A DNA stretch of 64,000 nt from Octopus sinensis (lineage: Eukaryota): positions 153,140,001 through 153,204,000 of the forward strand of contig NC_042999.1 in the NCBI RefSeq assembly GCF_006345805.1, given 5' to 3'. The notes under the pieces were generated by a model. That model searched no databases and was not told the origin of the DNA. It worked only from the letters and a program-made list of their open reading frames with translations. The translations under genes were made by a program, and so were the position numbers. Below, one piece after another: positions 62,451 through 64,000 of the stretch; position 1 is the stretch's first letter, and each line of letters starts with the position of its first letter.

Positions 62451-62558
62451 GTACTAATTTTGCTGTGATGGGGAACTATCTGGAGCCCAGTGGAGGGCCT
62501 CCAGATTCTTTAAAATCTTCAATATCTGATCAGTTCTGGGGAACATCCCATTCAGATG
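62451..62558 (+). CDS. Exon of an unidentified protein-coding gene: (G)TNFAVMGNYLEPSGGPPDSLKSSISDQFWGTSHSD. Possible start ATG at 62468.
   Basis: Acceptor tttttcttattgttttttag, branch-like ACTCAAT, donor GATG|GTAAGT. 108 nt, phase 1-1, and only this frame is open. Confidence 0.75.
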
Positions 62559-62594
62559 GTAAGTATAATGATTAATCCTTTAGTTAATATTGCT

Positions 62595-63030
62595 CTCAAA
62601 GCAGCAAGCTGGCAGAAACGTTAGTATGCTGGGCAAAAATGCTAAGTGGTATTTCACCTGTCTTCACGTTCTGAGTTCAAATTCTGCCAAGGTCGACTTT
62701 GCCTTTCATCCTAAGTACCACTTGTGTACTGGGGTCAATCTAATCGGTTGCCCCCCCCCCTCTCTCCCAAAATTTTGGGTTTTGTGCCTAGAGTAGAAAA
62801 TAATATTAGTTTCAAATTTTACTACAAGAACAGCTTGAAAGAGGTGGAGATGAGTCAATTATATCAAACCCCCACCCAACCCCACCAGTTTTCAACTGAT
62901 ACTTTGCCTTACATCCTTTCAGGGTTGATAAATGAAGTCAACCTCGGCAGAACTTGAACCCAGAAAGTAGTGACATGCAAAGTATCGCTAAGCATTTCAT
63001 TTGGCAAGCTAACAATTCTGCCAGTTTGCC
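62595..63030. mobile_element. Convergent (plus/minus) SINE family B pair in the intron, CpG-decayed
   Basis: Plus copy at 62595-62810, minus copy at 62810-63030. Confidence 0.7.
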
Positions 63031-63314
63031 ACTTTCGTCTTTCTTTTAGTTAATATTGGAACAAACACACGCACGTCATAATTGTTGCCTGTTTTTAATT
63101 TGCAGCCTATGCCCGCTATGTACTAAACAACAATGTTTACCAACCGTATGTGCCATGCATGTTTGGAGCAGAATCGTTATTATACTCACAAGCTCCAGTC
63201 CATGCTTCTTCTCACAGAATGTATGATCTACATAAAGGTTTGTCGCTATTTTTTTTCTTATTATCACCTGAACTTTATTCCTTTACCTTTGTATTATGTG
63301 TTTGGTGAATAGGC

Positions 63315-63690
63315 AAAGTGGTTGGGTTCCTATCGAGTGTTGGGCCTCACAGAAGCAATAATCAAGACCTTTGGCATTATGTCATACTTGAAGGCCCATC
63401 AAGCCAAGCAAAATTGCAGTTGTAGCAGATATCAGTGTCATGCAAATTGGCACTCATGCCAGTGGCACATAAGTGCACCCCAGTGTCACACAAATGGTAC
63501 CTGTACTGGTGGCATGTAAAAAACACTCTTTACACTCTCGGAGTGGTTGGCATTAGGAAGGGCATCCAGTGATAGAAAACCATGCCAAGTCAGATTGGAG
63601 TCTGGTGCACCCTTCCAGTGTATCAACCCAATCAAAACGTCCAACCCATGCCAGCATGGACAATGGACATTAAATGATGATGATGATGAT
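63315..63690 (+). mobile_element. RTE-type retroelement 3' end with (GAT)n tail, CpG-decayed
   Basis: GGCATGTAAAAAACAC..GGAGTGGTTGGCATTAGGAAGGGCATCCAG..CCAACCCATGCCAGCATGG..TTAAATGATGATG. Confidence 0.65.
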
Positions 63691-63920
63691 AGTTAAAAAT
63701 CATGGATTCTCTTGTACACAGCAAACAAGGGTTCTGCAATTTCACACTGTTCAACCTGCTCATTTGATTTATTTAGAATGATCAAATGTTTGTGCCACAC
63801 ATTAGCTCACCCCCTCATATGATGGTGCTGAGAAGATTAATTTCGTTTATATGCTACTTCTTCTTAAATTCATGTGTCCCTATCTCATTTCTTTTTTGTT
63901 TTTCTCTTTTTTAACAACAG

Positions 63921-64000
63921 AAGCATTTTTCAATGGAGTTGGCTCGACTAATGCCACAACAGGTTTGTACATACCATCTCTTGGTCACCAGCAACCACAA
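63921..64000 (+). CDS. Next exon of the same gene: (E)AFFNGVGSTNATTGLYIPSLGHQQPQ. It may instead end at 63962 (CAG|GTTTGT).
   Basis: Long polypyrimidine tract plus aacaacag acceptor. Phase 1 joins in frame with the 62451 exon and stays open to the window end. Confidence 0.7.

Noticed and set aside
1-64000. rRNA genes, intact tRNA genes, prokaryotic or phage systems
   Set aside because: None recognisable. Composition and repeats indicate an animal nuclear genome.

Overview
This is 64 kb of very AT-rich, microsatellite-dense eukaryotic DNA, most likely from an octopus (coleoid cephalopod). That assignment is inferred from the SINE families and was not database-checked. Nearly the whole window is intergenic or intronic, and almost every ORF in the supplied track comes from microsatellites or SINEs. 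Host-gene evidence is limited to two in-frame, phase-1 plus-strand exons at the far end (62451-62558 and 63921 onward). Their peptide weakly resembles the CPEB2/3/4 N-terminus. They sit in a zone beginning at about 60.5-61.5 kb where repeats have lost their CpGs, consistent with a methylated gene body. Mobile DNA includes three abundant tRNA-derived SINE families, RTE-type tails, a decayed mariner transposase, RLE-clade (R4/Dong-like) LINE ends, Penelope-like (PLE) relics, and Helitron, Tigger-like, hAT-like and unclassified MITEs. There is also a tRNA-Ile(AAT) pseudogene. The most striking unexplained signal is a set of hammerhead-ribozyme (HHR) motifs from at least five distinct sequence families. 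Three copies have intact cores and predicted stems (21260-21310, 37241-37286, 40147-40210). One of these is fused behind a tRNA-like Pol III promoter, giving a SINE/retrozyme-like unit. Another is folded back inside a perfect 42-bp inverted repeat. All structures were paired by eye, and no activity or database search has been tested.
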